64,000 bases of DNA from Nanobdellota archaeon. Lineage in GTDB: Archaea; Nanobdellota; Nanobdellia; Tiddalikarchaeales; Tiddalikarchaeaceae. The notes under the pieces were generated by a model. The model was not told the DNA's origin, searched no databases, and saw only the letters and a program-made list of their open reading frames with translations. Position 1 is the stretch's first letter. The number at the start of each line of letters is the position of its first letter. Positions 56,076 through 64,000 of this stretch are shown here, one piece after another. Position numbers and translations under genes: made by a program. Location of the stretch: positions 17,527 to 81,526 of the forward strand of contig JAFGFH010000022.1 of assembly GCA_016931175.1 (NCBI GenBank), read 5' to 3'.

Positions 56076-57575
56076 TTACCAATCTATACACTCACTTGTA
56101 TCTTCAAGTGTCCAAGAATCAAATGTTTGTTCAAAGAATTGTTTATTCATTATTTCTTCATTTGTTTTAAATATTTTATATGCTTCATAAACATCAAGAT
56201 ATTCATTAAATGTTCCTTCATAAGAGTATTCTTGTCTAAAATAAATTGGTATTCCATTTTCATCTAAACATATATTATATGTTAAACTATTGAAAATTTC
56301 AACATCCCGGAAGTATTGATAATATAGTGTTGGAGGAGTTATTTCAAAACTAAACATTTGACAAATATTTCCATTTATATTTGAATCTTCTGATGTAAAA
56401 CTAATTACATAATCATTGGTTATAAAATAATTTAATTCTTCATATTTTGATAATACACTATCTGAACCATAATCATCTGGTTCATTAAAATTCAATATAG
56501 GACATGAACAATAACTACAAGTTGATTGAATACCATCATATAATAAATTACCTTCTTTTTTACTTAACATTGCTTCATTTTCAGCATCTAATGAACACTC
56601 ATTATTATTACAACCATAACTATCCCATTCTAATCCTGATTTGAAATCTCCATTATTTAAATTTAGGTAATTTTCAATAATAGAATAATATAAGTCAATA
56701 TCATTTACATCATATAAATTTGTTGTTGTTGAATTATGCTGTATTTCATAATATAAATAATTATCAGATATTGTAATAAAATTATCATAAAAAGTAGTAA
56801 AATCCGAACCTACTGTTATTGTTGGAGTAGTTTCTGTAACAACTTCAGTAAAATCACTACAACTGTAAGTATTTTCTAAAAACCATGAACACACAGTTTT
56901 TGTTGTTTCAATATTAGAATCTACACATATAACTTGTTTTCCTAAATCATTATGTGTTAAAAGTAAACTATAAGTGCTTGTTAATTCTTCATAATCATAA
57001 TCTTCATTAATAAATCCCCACCAATCATTACATTCAAATGCTTGAATAAAATCTTGACAATATGAACTTACTGGACTTGTTGGACAAGTATCAAATTTAT
57101 ATCTAAGTAATTGAATTAATATATCATCTGATGAAATATTATATTCTAATAATTGTGTATATGAATTATTATAACTGATATTGTAAAGTGGGACGGGTCC
57201 TAACATTGTTATATTTTCAATAACTGGATTAGGTATTTGTTGTGTTATTAAATCTGAAGTTTGAAAAATATTACTTAAACCAATAGTGTTGAATAATATA
57301 AATCCTGAAACTCCTATAACTATAATTATCCCCATTATTATAAAGGGTAAATAGTTTGGTTTTTTCTTTTCTTCTTTCTTTCCAATATTTCTAATTTCAT
57401 CAAGTGAAATTTCTTCAGATTTAGTTTCTTTTTGTTCTGGTTTAGATTCTTCTGTTTTTGGTTCAGCAACGGGTTTTGGTTGAATCGGCAAATATTCTTT
57501 GCAATCAAAACAATAATGTCTATCATATTGTTCTATATAACTTGCTTCTTTACCGCATTTAGGACATACAACCAT
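56076..57575 (-). CDS. Zinc-ribbon / single-TM / large Asn-Tyr-Ser-Cys-rich ectodomain protein (hypothetical)
   Basis: 499 aa. N-terminal CPKCG...CFDC ribbon, Lys/Glu-rich linker, TM helix (LPFIIMGIIIVIGVSGFILF), then a ~400-aa Cys-containing domain. Confidence 0.55.
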   Translation of the reverse strand: MVVCPKCGKEASYIEQYDRHYCFDCKEYLPIQPKPVAEPKTEESKPEQKETKSEEISLDEIRNIGKKEEKKKPNYLPFIIMGIIIVIGVSGFILFNTIGLSNIFQTSDLITQQIPNPVIENITMLGPVPLYNISYNNSYTQLLEYNISSDDILIQLLRYKFDTCPTSPVSSYCQDFIQAFECNDWWGFINEDYDYEELTSTYSLLLTHNDLGKQVICVDSNIETTKTVCSWFLENTYSCSDFTEVVTETTPTITVGSDFTTFYDNFITISDNYLYYEIQHNSTTTNLYDVNDIDLYYSIIENYLNLNNGDFKSGLEWDSYGCNNNECSLDAENEAMLSKKEGNLLYDGIQSTCSYCSCPILNFNEPDDYGSDSVLSKYEELNYFITNDYVISFTSEDSNINGNICQMFSFEITPPTLYYQYFRDVEIFNSLTYNICLDENGIPIYFRQEYSYEGTFNEYLDVYEAYKIFKTNEEIMNKQFFEQTFDSWTLEDTSECIDW

Positions 57576-57746
57576 TAAATAATTGATTAACTAATGATTT
57601 TTAATGTTTTTCTTAATAAATCCCTATCAAAATTATCTTTTTGTTTTTAAAACATAAAGTTAAAAAGTAATACATTTGTCATACTCATATAGAGAAGCAA
57701 AGTGAGGGGTTACACAACAACGGCATAACCCGAACACTCTGAACCA

Positions 57747-57818
57747 CGCCCTGACTGGGATTCGAACCCAGGTTATCGGCGTGACAGACCAATGTCCTAA
57801 CCACTAGACTATCAGGGC
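57747..57818 (-). tRNA. tRNA-Asp (anticodon GTC)
   Basis: Reverse complement GCCCTGATAGTCTAGTGGTTAGGACATTGGTCTGTCACGCCGATAACCTGGGTTCGAATCCCAGTCAGGGCG folds as a cloverleaf. Anticodon loop CUGUCAC, T-arm CTGGG-TTCGAAT-CCCAG, discriminator G. Its 3' 12-14 nt are the repeated cassette-boundary core. Confidence 0.85.
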
Positions 57819-57860
57819 AATATTAGAATTATGGGATTATAGTGTTTTTAAAGTTTTTTC

Positions 57861-59279
57861 TTAATCTTCGGTTTCAATTCTTTCTTTCCTAGGCTCGATA
57901 TCAACCATTATCGCGTTAGTAGCTACTGTGGATTGCACTTTGCCTTCAGCGTCCAAGACTTCAACAATCGTCTTGTCCAGTCTTAACTCACCTATGTAGC
58001 CAACCTTGCTCTTCATCCTGTAAGAGAGTATGATATTCTCATTAGGTTTTAACTTGCCAAGATTCCATAAAATAAAACTGCCTCCTTCGCTCTTCTTAAC
58101 CTCGCCGTGCAAAGTGCCGTAATCAAAAACGTCAGAAATAATTGGTGGCAAAGGCTCCATAACCCTCACGCGGTTAACATTATTCTTGCTGACATTAGAG
58201 ATGTTCAAGACAACCTTGAAAGAGATATTATTAGGTCCTGACTTGAAATCAAAGATTTCACGAGAAACGGAAACCATCCTAGTAAAGTAATAAAACAAGT
58301 AAACCAAACCAATAATAAGGAAAGGTAATAAGTATAAGACTGAATAATTCAACTCGTAAGATAATTCAATACTCTCGCCAGGAGATAGTTCAGGAACGTG
58401 GAAGATAATGCTATTACTGATTAGGGTATAATCAGTGCTCGCGCCTGAAATGAAATAAGAATCAAAAGCGTTAAGCGGGACTTCGTAATCAAAACCTTGA
58501 ATAATCAATGTTCCCTTGTTAGAAATTAATATACCATTAGTTGTAGTAACAATACTAGTGGATGAAACCGACTCTGTTGAATTCTGAGCATAACCAATTA
58601 TGCTGAACTGTTCAACCTTGCTGCCGAAACTAGTATCATACCACATAATACCCACTCGGACATTAGCAGTTGTTGGAGGCAGATTAGAATCAAGAACTAT
58701 TGGAATACTAACACTATTATTCCCGAAAGGAGTGTTCACAACTTCAAGACTATAATATAAGGATGTGCCGTCGAGTGCGTAAACTTCAACAGTCGCGTAA
58801 ACCTTTTGAATCAAATCACTGTAACCATTCTCATAATTTAAATTAATATTAAAGGCTTGGCGCGGGTCAACCTGGGAAGGAACATCAATGCTGTTGAAAA
58901 CGAAATACTTTTCCGGCCCTTCAACAGTGTAACTAATAGTCTGACTAGTCTGGATAATACCGTCAATGTCAAAATAAACACTATCATAATACCTGCCCTC
59001 CTTAGCTGAATCAGAAACAGTGGCTTTTAAAACAATAATTGAGAAACCGTTCGCTGGAACAGACACTATATAACCAGGTATGAAACTCGGATTTAACTTG
59101 TCGCTAATCATGAACATAATAACTTGTTTTTCAACGCTTGAAGGGTTAGAAAATGAAATGTTATACTCAACCATTTCACCAGGTTTAACACTAGCATCCA
59201 CTGGGTTTATTTGAATATTAAAACAGAAACCTGAACTAATAAAGGTTAATAATAAGATTAAAGCAAACCACTTCTTCAT
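57861..59279 (-). CDS. Secreted/cell-surface protein with C-terminal TM anchor (hypothetical; S-layer/adhesin-like)
   Basis: 472 aa. Signal peptide (MKKWFALILLLTFISSGF), beta-rich Ser/Thr/Asn-rich body, C-terminal TM (LPFLIIGLVYLFYYF) with a short cytoplasmic tail. Confidence 0.55.
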   Translation of the reverse strand: MKKWFALILLLTFISSGFCFNIQINPVDASVKPGEMVEYNISFSNPSSVEKQVIMFMISDKLNPSFIPGYIVSVPANGFSIIVLKATVSDSAKEGRYYDSVYFDIDGIIQTSQTISYTVEGPEKYFVFNSIDVPSQVDPRQAFNINLNYENGYSDLIQKVYATVEVYALDGTSLYYSLEVVNTPFGNNSVSIPIVLDSNLPPTTANVRVGIMWYDTSFGSKVEQFSIIGYAQNSTESVSSTSIVTTTNGILISNKGTLIIQGFDYEVPLNAFDSYFISGASTDYTLISNSIIFHVPELSPGESIELSYELNYSVLYLLPFLIIGLVYLFYYFTRMVSVSREIFDFKSGPNNISFKVVLNISNVSKNNVNRVRVMEPLPPIISDVFDYGTLHGEVKKSEGGSFILWNLGKLKPNENIILSYRMKSKVGYIGELRLDKTIVEVLDAEGKVQSTVATNAIMVDIEPRKERIETED

Positions 59280-59315
59280 ACTTAGTAAGTATTAACCCAT
59301 AGTTTTTAAATTCTT

Positions 59316-60038
59316 TTACAAACAAGGCTTAAACACGTTTCTAACATTGGATTCTATGATTTTCTCAGCCTCTGAAAGCCTTAAACCCTTAATTTCAGCA
59401 ATCTTCTCATAAGACTTAACAACGTTTAAAGGAGTATTCCTTTCAAACTTCCACAAGTAAGGACTGTCAGTCTCGCAAAACAAGCGGTTAATGGGAGTAT
59501 TACTAACCAAGTACTGGTATTGCTCAGAGTAAACCACTGAAGGAGGAATGCTGAAAAAGACTTGCTTTAATTCCAAAGCCTTACTAAATGCTTTCTTACT
59601 TCCTGAAAACGAGTGCAGAATAACCGGCACTTTAACCTTATCAACCACTTCAAGCACTTCTAAATGCGCTTTTCTTGAATGAACGATTAAAGGCTTCCCT
59701 AACTCTTCAGCCACACCAATCATTTTCTTGAAAACTTCCTCCTGGCCATTTAAATCCTTCAAGTAATCCAATCCAACCTCTCCAACTGCCAAGAAATTAT
59801 CCTTATTACTTCTTAACTGGTGAACTACTCTCTCATCAAAACTGCAAGTAGGATGCATCCCAAGACAAGGAAATACGTTATTATAATTAGACGCCAAGTT
59901 TAAGACTCTAGTATTAGAATCGTAATCCAAGCCAGTCTCAAAAATTATAATATTTTTATTCCCGCATTCTTTAATAACTTCAGCCCTGTCCTTATTAAAA
60001 GCCTCATCCAGCAAGTGGCAATGAATGTCAAAAAACAT
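59316..60038 (-). CDS. tatD: TatD-family metal-dependent deoxyribonuclease/hydrolase
   Basis: 240 aa. TatD motifs (FDIHCHL, GEVGLDY, HSRKA, ILHSFSG, CETDSPYL). Confidence 0.88.
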   Translation of the reverse strand: MFFDIHCHLLDEAFNKDRAEVIKECGNKNIIIFETGLDYDSNTRVLNLASNYNNVFPCLGMHPTCSFDERVVHQLRSNKDNFLAVGEVGLDYLKDLNGQEEVFKKMIGVAEELGKPLIVHSRKAHLEVLEVVDKVKVPVILHSFSGSKKAFSKALELKQVFFSIPPSVVYSEQYQYLVSNTPINRLFCETDSPYLWKFERNTPLNVVKSYEKIAEIKGLRLSEAEKIIESNVRNVFKPCL

Positions 60039-60079
60039 AATAGTAAACTATAAAACTGCATATTTATTAAGAATTCCTT

Positions 60080-60970
60080 ATGAAGGGAGAAGTGCTTATA
60101 ATACTATTATTACTAATAGGATTAGCATGGGTCTTCTATAATTATACTTGGACGTTCTACTTGTTCACTGCAATGATAATAGTATTAATCATTTACATAT
60201 TCTTTGTTAAAAAATACGACGAGTTCGAAAGGGGAATAATATTCAGGATGGGCAAGTTTAACAGAGTAGCTGGTCCGGGATGGGTTATAGTAATACCCTT
60301 TTTTGAAAAAGAATACAAGAGGATAGATGCGAGAACTCAAATGATAGACTTGGTTATAAACGAGTCATTCACAGCAGACGATTTAAGGCTTGAAGTTGAA
60401 GGATTATTCTATTACAGGATAATAGACCCTGAAAAGGCTTTACTGAAGATTGAAAATTACGAGAAGGGAATAAAGAACTTGATAACGTCAGAGACTAGGA
60501 ATACTATAGGCAGTTTGAACATGAGGGAAGTCTTTGCCAACATTAACAAATTAAACAGTATATTAACAGACAGGATAAGGCATAACAGCTGGAAATGGGG
60601 AATAGACTTTAGCATGGTCCAGTTGAAAAGCGTAACTCCTCCAATAGAAATAGCAGAAGCAATAGAGTCAAAAGAAGTAGCAGCTCAGGAGTTGCAGGCG
60701 CAGAGGTTCAAGGCTGAAGCCCAGAAGGTTACAATCAGCGCTTTAGGAAAAGCAAGCGAGAACTTAACTGACCAGGCAATGATGTACTTGTACATACAAG
60801 CACTTAAGGAATTAGGGCGGGGTGAAGGAAGCAAAATATTATTCCCTGCAGAGTTCATGAAAATCGTTGACGGAATAGGAAGCAGCCTGAAAAAAGACAG
60901 TTTGAAAGGATTAGACACTAACGCTTTAATACAGCAGGTTAAAGACAAGATACTTGAAAGCCAGAAGTAA
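60080..60970 (+). CDS. SPFH/band-7 (stomatin/prohibitin-like) membrane protein
   Basis: 296 aa. N-terminal TM then the SPFH core (RGIIFRMGKFNRVAGPGWVIVIPFFE...RTQMIDL). No adjacent NfeD partner recognised. Confidence 0.85.
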   Translation: MKGEVLIILLLLIGLAWVFYNYTWTFYLFTAMIIVLIIYIFFVKKYDEFERGIIFRMGKFNRVAGPGWVIVIPFFEKEYKRIDARTQMIDLVINESFTADDLRLEVEGLFYYRIIDPEKALLKIENYEKGIKNLITSETRNTIGSLNMREVFANINKLNSILTDRIRHNSWKWGIDFSMVQLKSVTPPIEIAEAIESKEVAAQELQAQRFKAEAQKVTISALGKASENLTDQAMMYLYIQALKELGRGEGSKILFPAEFMKIVDGIGSSLKKDSLKGLDTNALIQQVKDKILESQK

Positions 60971-61004
60971 AGGTTTATAAATAAGATATTTTTTCTTAAA
61001 TAAG

Positions 61005-61313
61005 ATGCAAGCGTCGATTAAAATTATTTCAGAAAACAGCATAAATGCTTTCCTAGAAAACGCTTCACTTGAGAGTTTTAGAAAAGCAGATTTTGAAAAA
61101 AAAGACTTAAAAGGTTATGAAAATATTCTGCAATTCTTAGAAATAGAAGAGAATAAAACAAACGTTAATAATGATGATTTATTAACTATTGCAGGAATAT
61201 CCTGCCTTAAACATTACAGGCTTGACAAGGAAATGCCTTTCATCGCGTTAAGATACGAAGGTTCTGTCTACGCAACCTATTTCAGTAAAACAATTATAAG
61301 AATCATACAATAA
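61005..61313 (+). CDS. Hypothetical protein (102 aa)
   Basis: Clean ORF. No motif recognised. Confidence 0.4.
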   Translation: MQASIKIISENSINAFLENASLESFRKADFEKKDLKGYENILQFLEIEENKTNVNNDDLLTIAGISCLKHYRLDKEMPFIALRYEGSVYATYFSKTIIRIIQ

Positions 61314-61970
61314 TTACTCTTTAATCTTCTTAAACAATCCAGCTAAAGCTTTTGCTTCTTTCTTGCGTATAAAGGCGCGGTTCATCAAATTCTCCATAAT
61401 TACCTTAAAATTTTCAAAGTTGTGCACTCTCTCACCTGCTGCTTCCAAGCGCAGCAGGACTGCCCTGCGCTCCCTCTTATTCGCAACGTGTTTAACCTCT
61501 GCTTTTTCCTTAAACAACTCGTACAATATTATTGCCAAAGCATGACTAATATTAAGCGTCTTATAAGACTTATTGGCAGGAATGTGAACCAGTAAGTCGC
61601 ACGCTTCAAGTTCGGGATTAAACAAACCCTTATCCTCCCTGCCTAAAACAATAGAATAGTGAAGTTTTGAATCAATATTCTTAGTTAATTGTTCAGGAGT
61701 TAAGTAAACCCTCCTAAGATTATGGCCTGTTCCAGTCTTAGCGCTCGTAGCTATCAAATAATCTGCGCCTACATCGTTTAATGAATCAAGTATCTTGGCA
61801 GATTCTAAAATCTTAACTGAACGCATAGCTCTTGCTTTACTCTCATTACTTAAAACTTCACAAGAAGGGTTTACGAGAAAGAGTTTAGAAACCCCGAAGT
61901 TAGCCATTACTCTCGCAATAGCTCCTAAGTTACCGCTCGTCTCAGCGCCAACAACTGTAACACTAATCAT
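61314..61970 (-). CDS. SPOUT-superfamily (SpoU/TrmH/TrmJ-like) RNA 2'-O-methyltransferase
   Basis: 218 aa. SpoU motifs (VVGAETSGNLGAIARVMANFG, VLGREDKGL, NISHALAIILYE). Confidence 0.78.
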   Translation of the reverse strand: MISVTVVGAETSGNLGAIARVMANFGVSKLFLVNPSCEVLSNESKARAMRSVKILESAKILDSLNDVGADYLIATSAKTGTGHNLRRVYLTPEQLTKNIDSKLHYSIVLGREDKGLFNPELEACDLLVHIPANKSYKTLNISHALAIILYELFKEKAEVKHVANKRERRAVLLRLEAAGERVHNFENFKVIMENLMNRAFIRKKEAKALAGLFKKIKE

Positions 61971-61997
61971 TAAAAAACATTAACTGGTTTAATATTT

Positions 61998-62789
61998 ATG
62001 AATTTATTGACTCACGTAATATTTGGTTTGGCATTAAGCGAGTGTTTAAGTCTTAACATTTTCTACGTAATACTTGGAGCAGTAATTCCTGACTTTGATT
62101 ACTTCTTCGGGGTTGGGCATAGGACTGTAATGCACTCCTTACTGTTCATAATAATCATTTCTTTCTTAATCTATTACAAGAATAAGAGGAAAGGAATAAG
62201 CTTATTCATAGGCTTCTCTTCGCACTTAATACTTGACACTTTAACTACTCAAGGAGTCATGCTCTTATGGCCTTTGAAAACCTTTTTCTCTTACAATTTA
62301 TTCAACAGCACTGCTAATGCTCCGAACTTTACAGTAATAATAATTAGTTTTGTTTTAATAATTAACAAGGATATTATACTTGAAAAATTATCAAATTTTA
62401 AAAGCAGTAATGTGAGAATAGCAACCTTTTCCATAATAGTCTTATTATTAATCCCTGCAATATTCTACACGTGGTACGAAGACAGCAAATGCTTTACTGC
62501 ATCAATAAATGATTTATTAAAAAATCCTGATTATTACAATAAAGCTTGTGTTATAGTAAACGGTGTTGTTTGCTCAATTGTTGAGGATTACACCAGTTCT
62601 GGTTCAGTAGAGTATAAAATATTCAACATTTGCAGTGAAGAAGACGAGCTTCTCGTCTGGTCATTGAAGAGTATAACTCCATACTTAGAATATTATGATA
62701 ATATAACCATAACAGGGATTTTCACAACCAAGTATTATGAATCCTCAGGCTACGAGTTGTACATGATTAAAAGTGTAAGGAAAAATTAA
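61998..62789 (+). CDS. DUF457 (YdjM-like membrane-bound metal-dependent hydrolase) domain protein with C-terminal extension
   Basis: N-terminal ~130 aa match the DUF457 pattern (MNLLTHVIFGLAL...PDFDYFFGVGHRTVMHSLL...SHLILDTLTTQGVMLLWPL). The additional ~130 aa C-terminal domain is unassigned. Confidence 0.68.
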   Translation: MNLLTHVIFGLALSECLSLNIFYVILGAVIPDFDYFFGVGHRTVMHSLLFIIIISFLIYYKNKRKGISLFIGFSSHLILDTLTTQGVMLLWPLKTFFSYNLFNSTANAPNFTVIIISFVLIINKDIILEKLSNFKSSNVRIATFSIIVLLLIPAIFYTWYEDSKCFTASINDLLKNPDYYNKACVIVNGVVCSIVEDYTSSGSVEYKIFNICSEEDELLVWSLKSITPYLEYYDNITITGIFTTKYYESSGYELYMIKSVRKN

Positions 62790-62817
62790 TAACAAGACGG
62801 CATTTATTTCTTTAATA

Positions 62818-63480
62818 ATGACTTACCCTGATGAATGGAATTGTCCAATATGCAAGACTCATGTAAGGAATGAAGAACGGTGCCCTAACTGCACTTATCC
62901 AGGATTATGGCACTGCCCTAACTGCGGTAAGAGAATGGATTCTACAATGGTTTGCAAAGAGTGCGGGTATAACCTTATGAATCCTTCAAAGTCAAAGAAG
63001 GTGATTAAAAGGAACCAGGTACTGACAATAGTAGTCGTTGTTTACGCTTTAATACTTGCTTATGTTGTTTTCAGAATAATGACTCAGGATAAGATAACAA
63101 ATATGGGAGATTTGTTAATAAATTCTGACATAAGTTTCGTATTCTATTCCTTCCAAAAACTGGATAGTGTCAGTTTCACATTAACCAGTCCTTCAATGCA
63201 GGATTATTTTTACGAATCGGTTAGTAATAATGCTAATAATTGGGCGGTTATGAACTTAACACTTAACGAGTCAGGTAATTGGATTGTTAGTGTTGAAAAA
63301 ACTAAAGACGGTAGAGTAACAAGTTTTTCCCAGACTTTTAAAATAAATAGCGAGTGCACGAGGGACGAGCATTGTGTTGCTTACGATGATTATGAGTGCA
63401 ATACTGCTTTAGGAATTTGCGTGCAGCACCAGCCTGGAATGTTTGACTTCCTTGATGAGATAGGAGTGAAGATTATATAA
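62818..63480 (+). CDS. Double zinc-ribbon / single-TM / ectodomain protein (hypothetical)
   Basis: 220 aa. Ribbons CPICKTH...CPNC and CPNCGK...CKECG, TM (VLTIVVVVYALILAYVVF), then a Cys-containing extracytoplasmic domain. Confidence 0.5.
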   Translation: MTYPDEWNCPICKTHVRNEERCPNCTYPGLWHCPNCGKRMDSTMVCKECGYNLMNPSKSKKVIKRNQVLTIVVVVYALILAYVVFRIMTQDKITNMGDLLINSDISFVFYSFQKLDSVSFTLTSPSMQDYFYESVSNNANNWAVMNLTLNESGNWIVSVEKTKDGRVTSFSQTFKINSECTRDEHCVAYDDYECNTALGICVQHQPGMFDFLDEIGVKII

Positions 63481-63486
63481 ACTACT

Positions 63487-64000
63487 GTGTCTTATATTCA
63501 ATTTATGAATTTCAGCGAGAAAGAGGTTAAAGAGCTTGCAATATCCGCAATTGCTTTAGCAGTAATTTTCTCATTAAGAGAATTATTGGCAGGAGGCTCC
63601 TGGATTGCTGTAATATTCTCTTCTTTAATACTAATAAGCATCTCCTTATTTGTTAAGATGTACTCTCATAAGAGGGTTGCTGAAAAGTATGATTGCGGCG
63701 CTGTTTACAAGTTCAACTATTACTTATTCATAATAAGCTTATTAATAGCTTTAATAACTAATGGGGGAATAGTTTTCGCAGCCCTGGGTTCAATAATTAT
63801 CAGCTCATCATTATATACACGATTAGGCCACAAGTTCGTGAACATTACACAAAAAGAGTCTGGTTTAATTGCTTTAAGCGGTTCCATGGCTAATGTTATC
63901 GCCGCCCTGGTCTGCTTAATATTATACCCTTTAAGTAATGATTTCTTCCAATTAGGTTTGAATATTAACATATTCATGGCATTGTTTAACATGATACCTT
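63487..64000 (+). CDS. Polytopic membrane protein, possibly site-2-protease (M50)-like; truncated at window end
   Basis: Open plus-strand frame from ATG 63487 to the window edge encodes 4-5 TM helices and ends with an AxFNxxP-like motif (ALFNMIP). No HExxH seen, so the family call is weak. It competes with a 90-aa minus-strand ORF (63720..63992). Confidence 0.3.
   Translation, partial: MSYIQFMNFSEKEVKELAISAIALAVIFSLRELLAGGSWIAVIFSSLILISISLFVKMYSHKRVAEKYDCGAVYKFNYYLFIISLLIALITNGGIVFAALGSIIISSSLYTRLGHKFVNITQKESGLIALSGSMANVIAALVCLILYPLSNDFFQLGLNINIFMALFNMIP

Noticed and set aside
57338-57526. 62-aa minus-strand ORF inside the 56076..57575 gene region
   Set aside because: It overlaps the Lys/Glu-rich linker of the larger gene in another frame and is a poly-Lys/Asn artefact.
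51384-57860. Search for an integrase/recombinase gene inside or flanking the tRNA-Asp cassette array
   Set aside because: No ORF in or next to the array shows tyrosine-recombinase (R..HxxR..Y) or serine-recombinase motifs. The flanking genes are a 3-TM protein and a surface protein. Absence within the window does not exclude an integrase elsewhere in the genome.
63720-63992. 90-aa minus-strand ORF at the window end
   Set aside because: It competes with a longer open plus-strand frame (63487 to window end) that encodes coherent TM helices. The minus ORF has no features. It is kept only as the less likely alternative.

Overview
This is an AT-rich archaeal chromosomal segment with archaeal-only r-proteins (L19e, L32e, S4e, L30e), an Rpp29 (RNase P protein) gene and a SUI1/eIF1 (translation initiation factor) gene inside the r-protein operon, and a split rpoB (B''+B'). 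Almost everything in the first ~39 kb is on the minus strand. (1) 1-12.8 kb holds the intact archaeal ribosomal super-operon, L3 through SecY, in canonical order. (2) 13-22 kb has RtcB plus archease (tRNA ligase and its activator), a methyltransferase, a large nucleotidyltransferase-fold protein, MsrA (methionine sulfoxide reductase), tRNA-Ser, a rhomboid protease and a YrdC/TsaC (t6A-modification) protein. (3) 22-31 kb is the str region (S10, EF-1alpha, EF-2, S7, S12), but several lineage-specific genes are inserted into it; one is a protein built of ~34-aa tandem repeats, another is a CCC1/VIT-like (iron-transporter family) gene broken by an in-frame TAA. (4) 30.8-38.9 kb runs NusA, L30e, RNAP A'', A', B', B'', H, then tRNA-Lys. 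(5) 39-51 kb is accessory: an LRR protein, a TolB-like (beta-propeller) lipoprotein, MscS (mechanosensitive channel), DUF362-ferredoxin, Lrp/AsnC (transcription regulator), a 7-blade FG-GAP (integrin-alpha-type repeat) propeller protein, a ferritin-like/DUF134/DUF5320 triad, and a dGTPase-like HD hydrolase + GIY-YIG nuclease + MazG cluster. (6) 52.0-57.8 kb is the most unusual part. Five gene cassettes (GH26-like glycosidase, two unknowns, a Fic (AMPylase-family) protein, a Zn-ribbon membrane protein) are each bounded by a direct repeat of the 3' end of an adjacent tRNA-Asp gene, and no recombinase is visible. This points to an integrase-less, tRNA-anchored cassette array. (7) 57.8-64 kb has a surface protein, TatD (nuclease), an SPFH (stomatin-like) protein, a SPOUT methyltransferase, a DUF457 hydrolase and zinc-ribbon membrane proteins. 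Shared palindromic promoter motifs and several Zn-ribbon/TM/ectodomain proteins are also noted. Family calls come from motifs I read in the translations; no database searches were possible.
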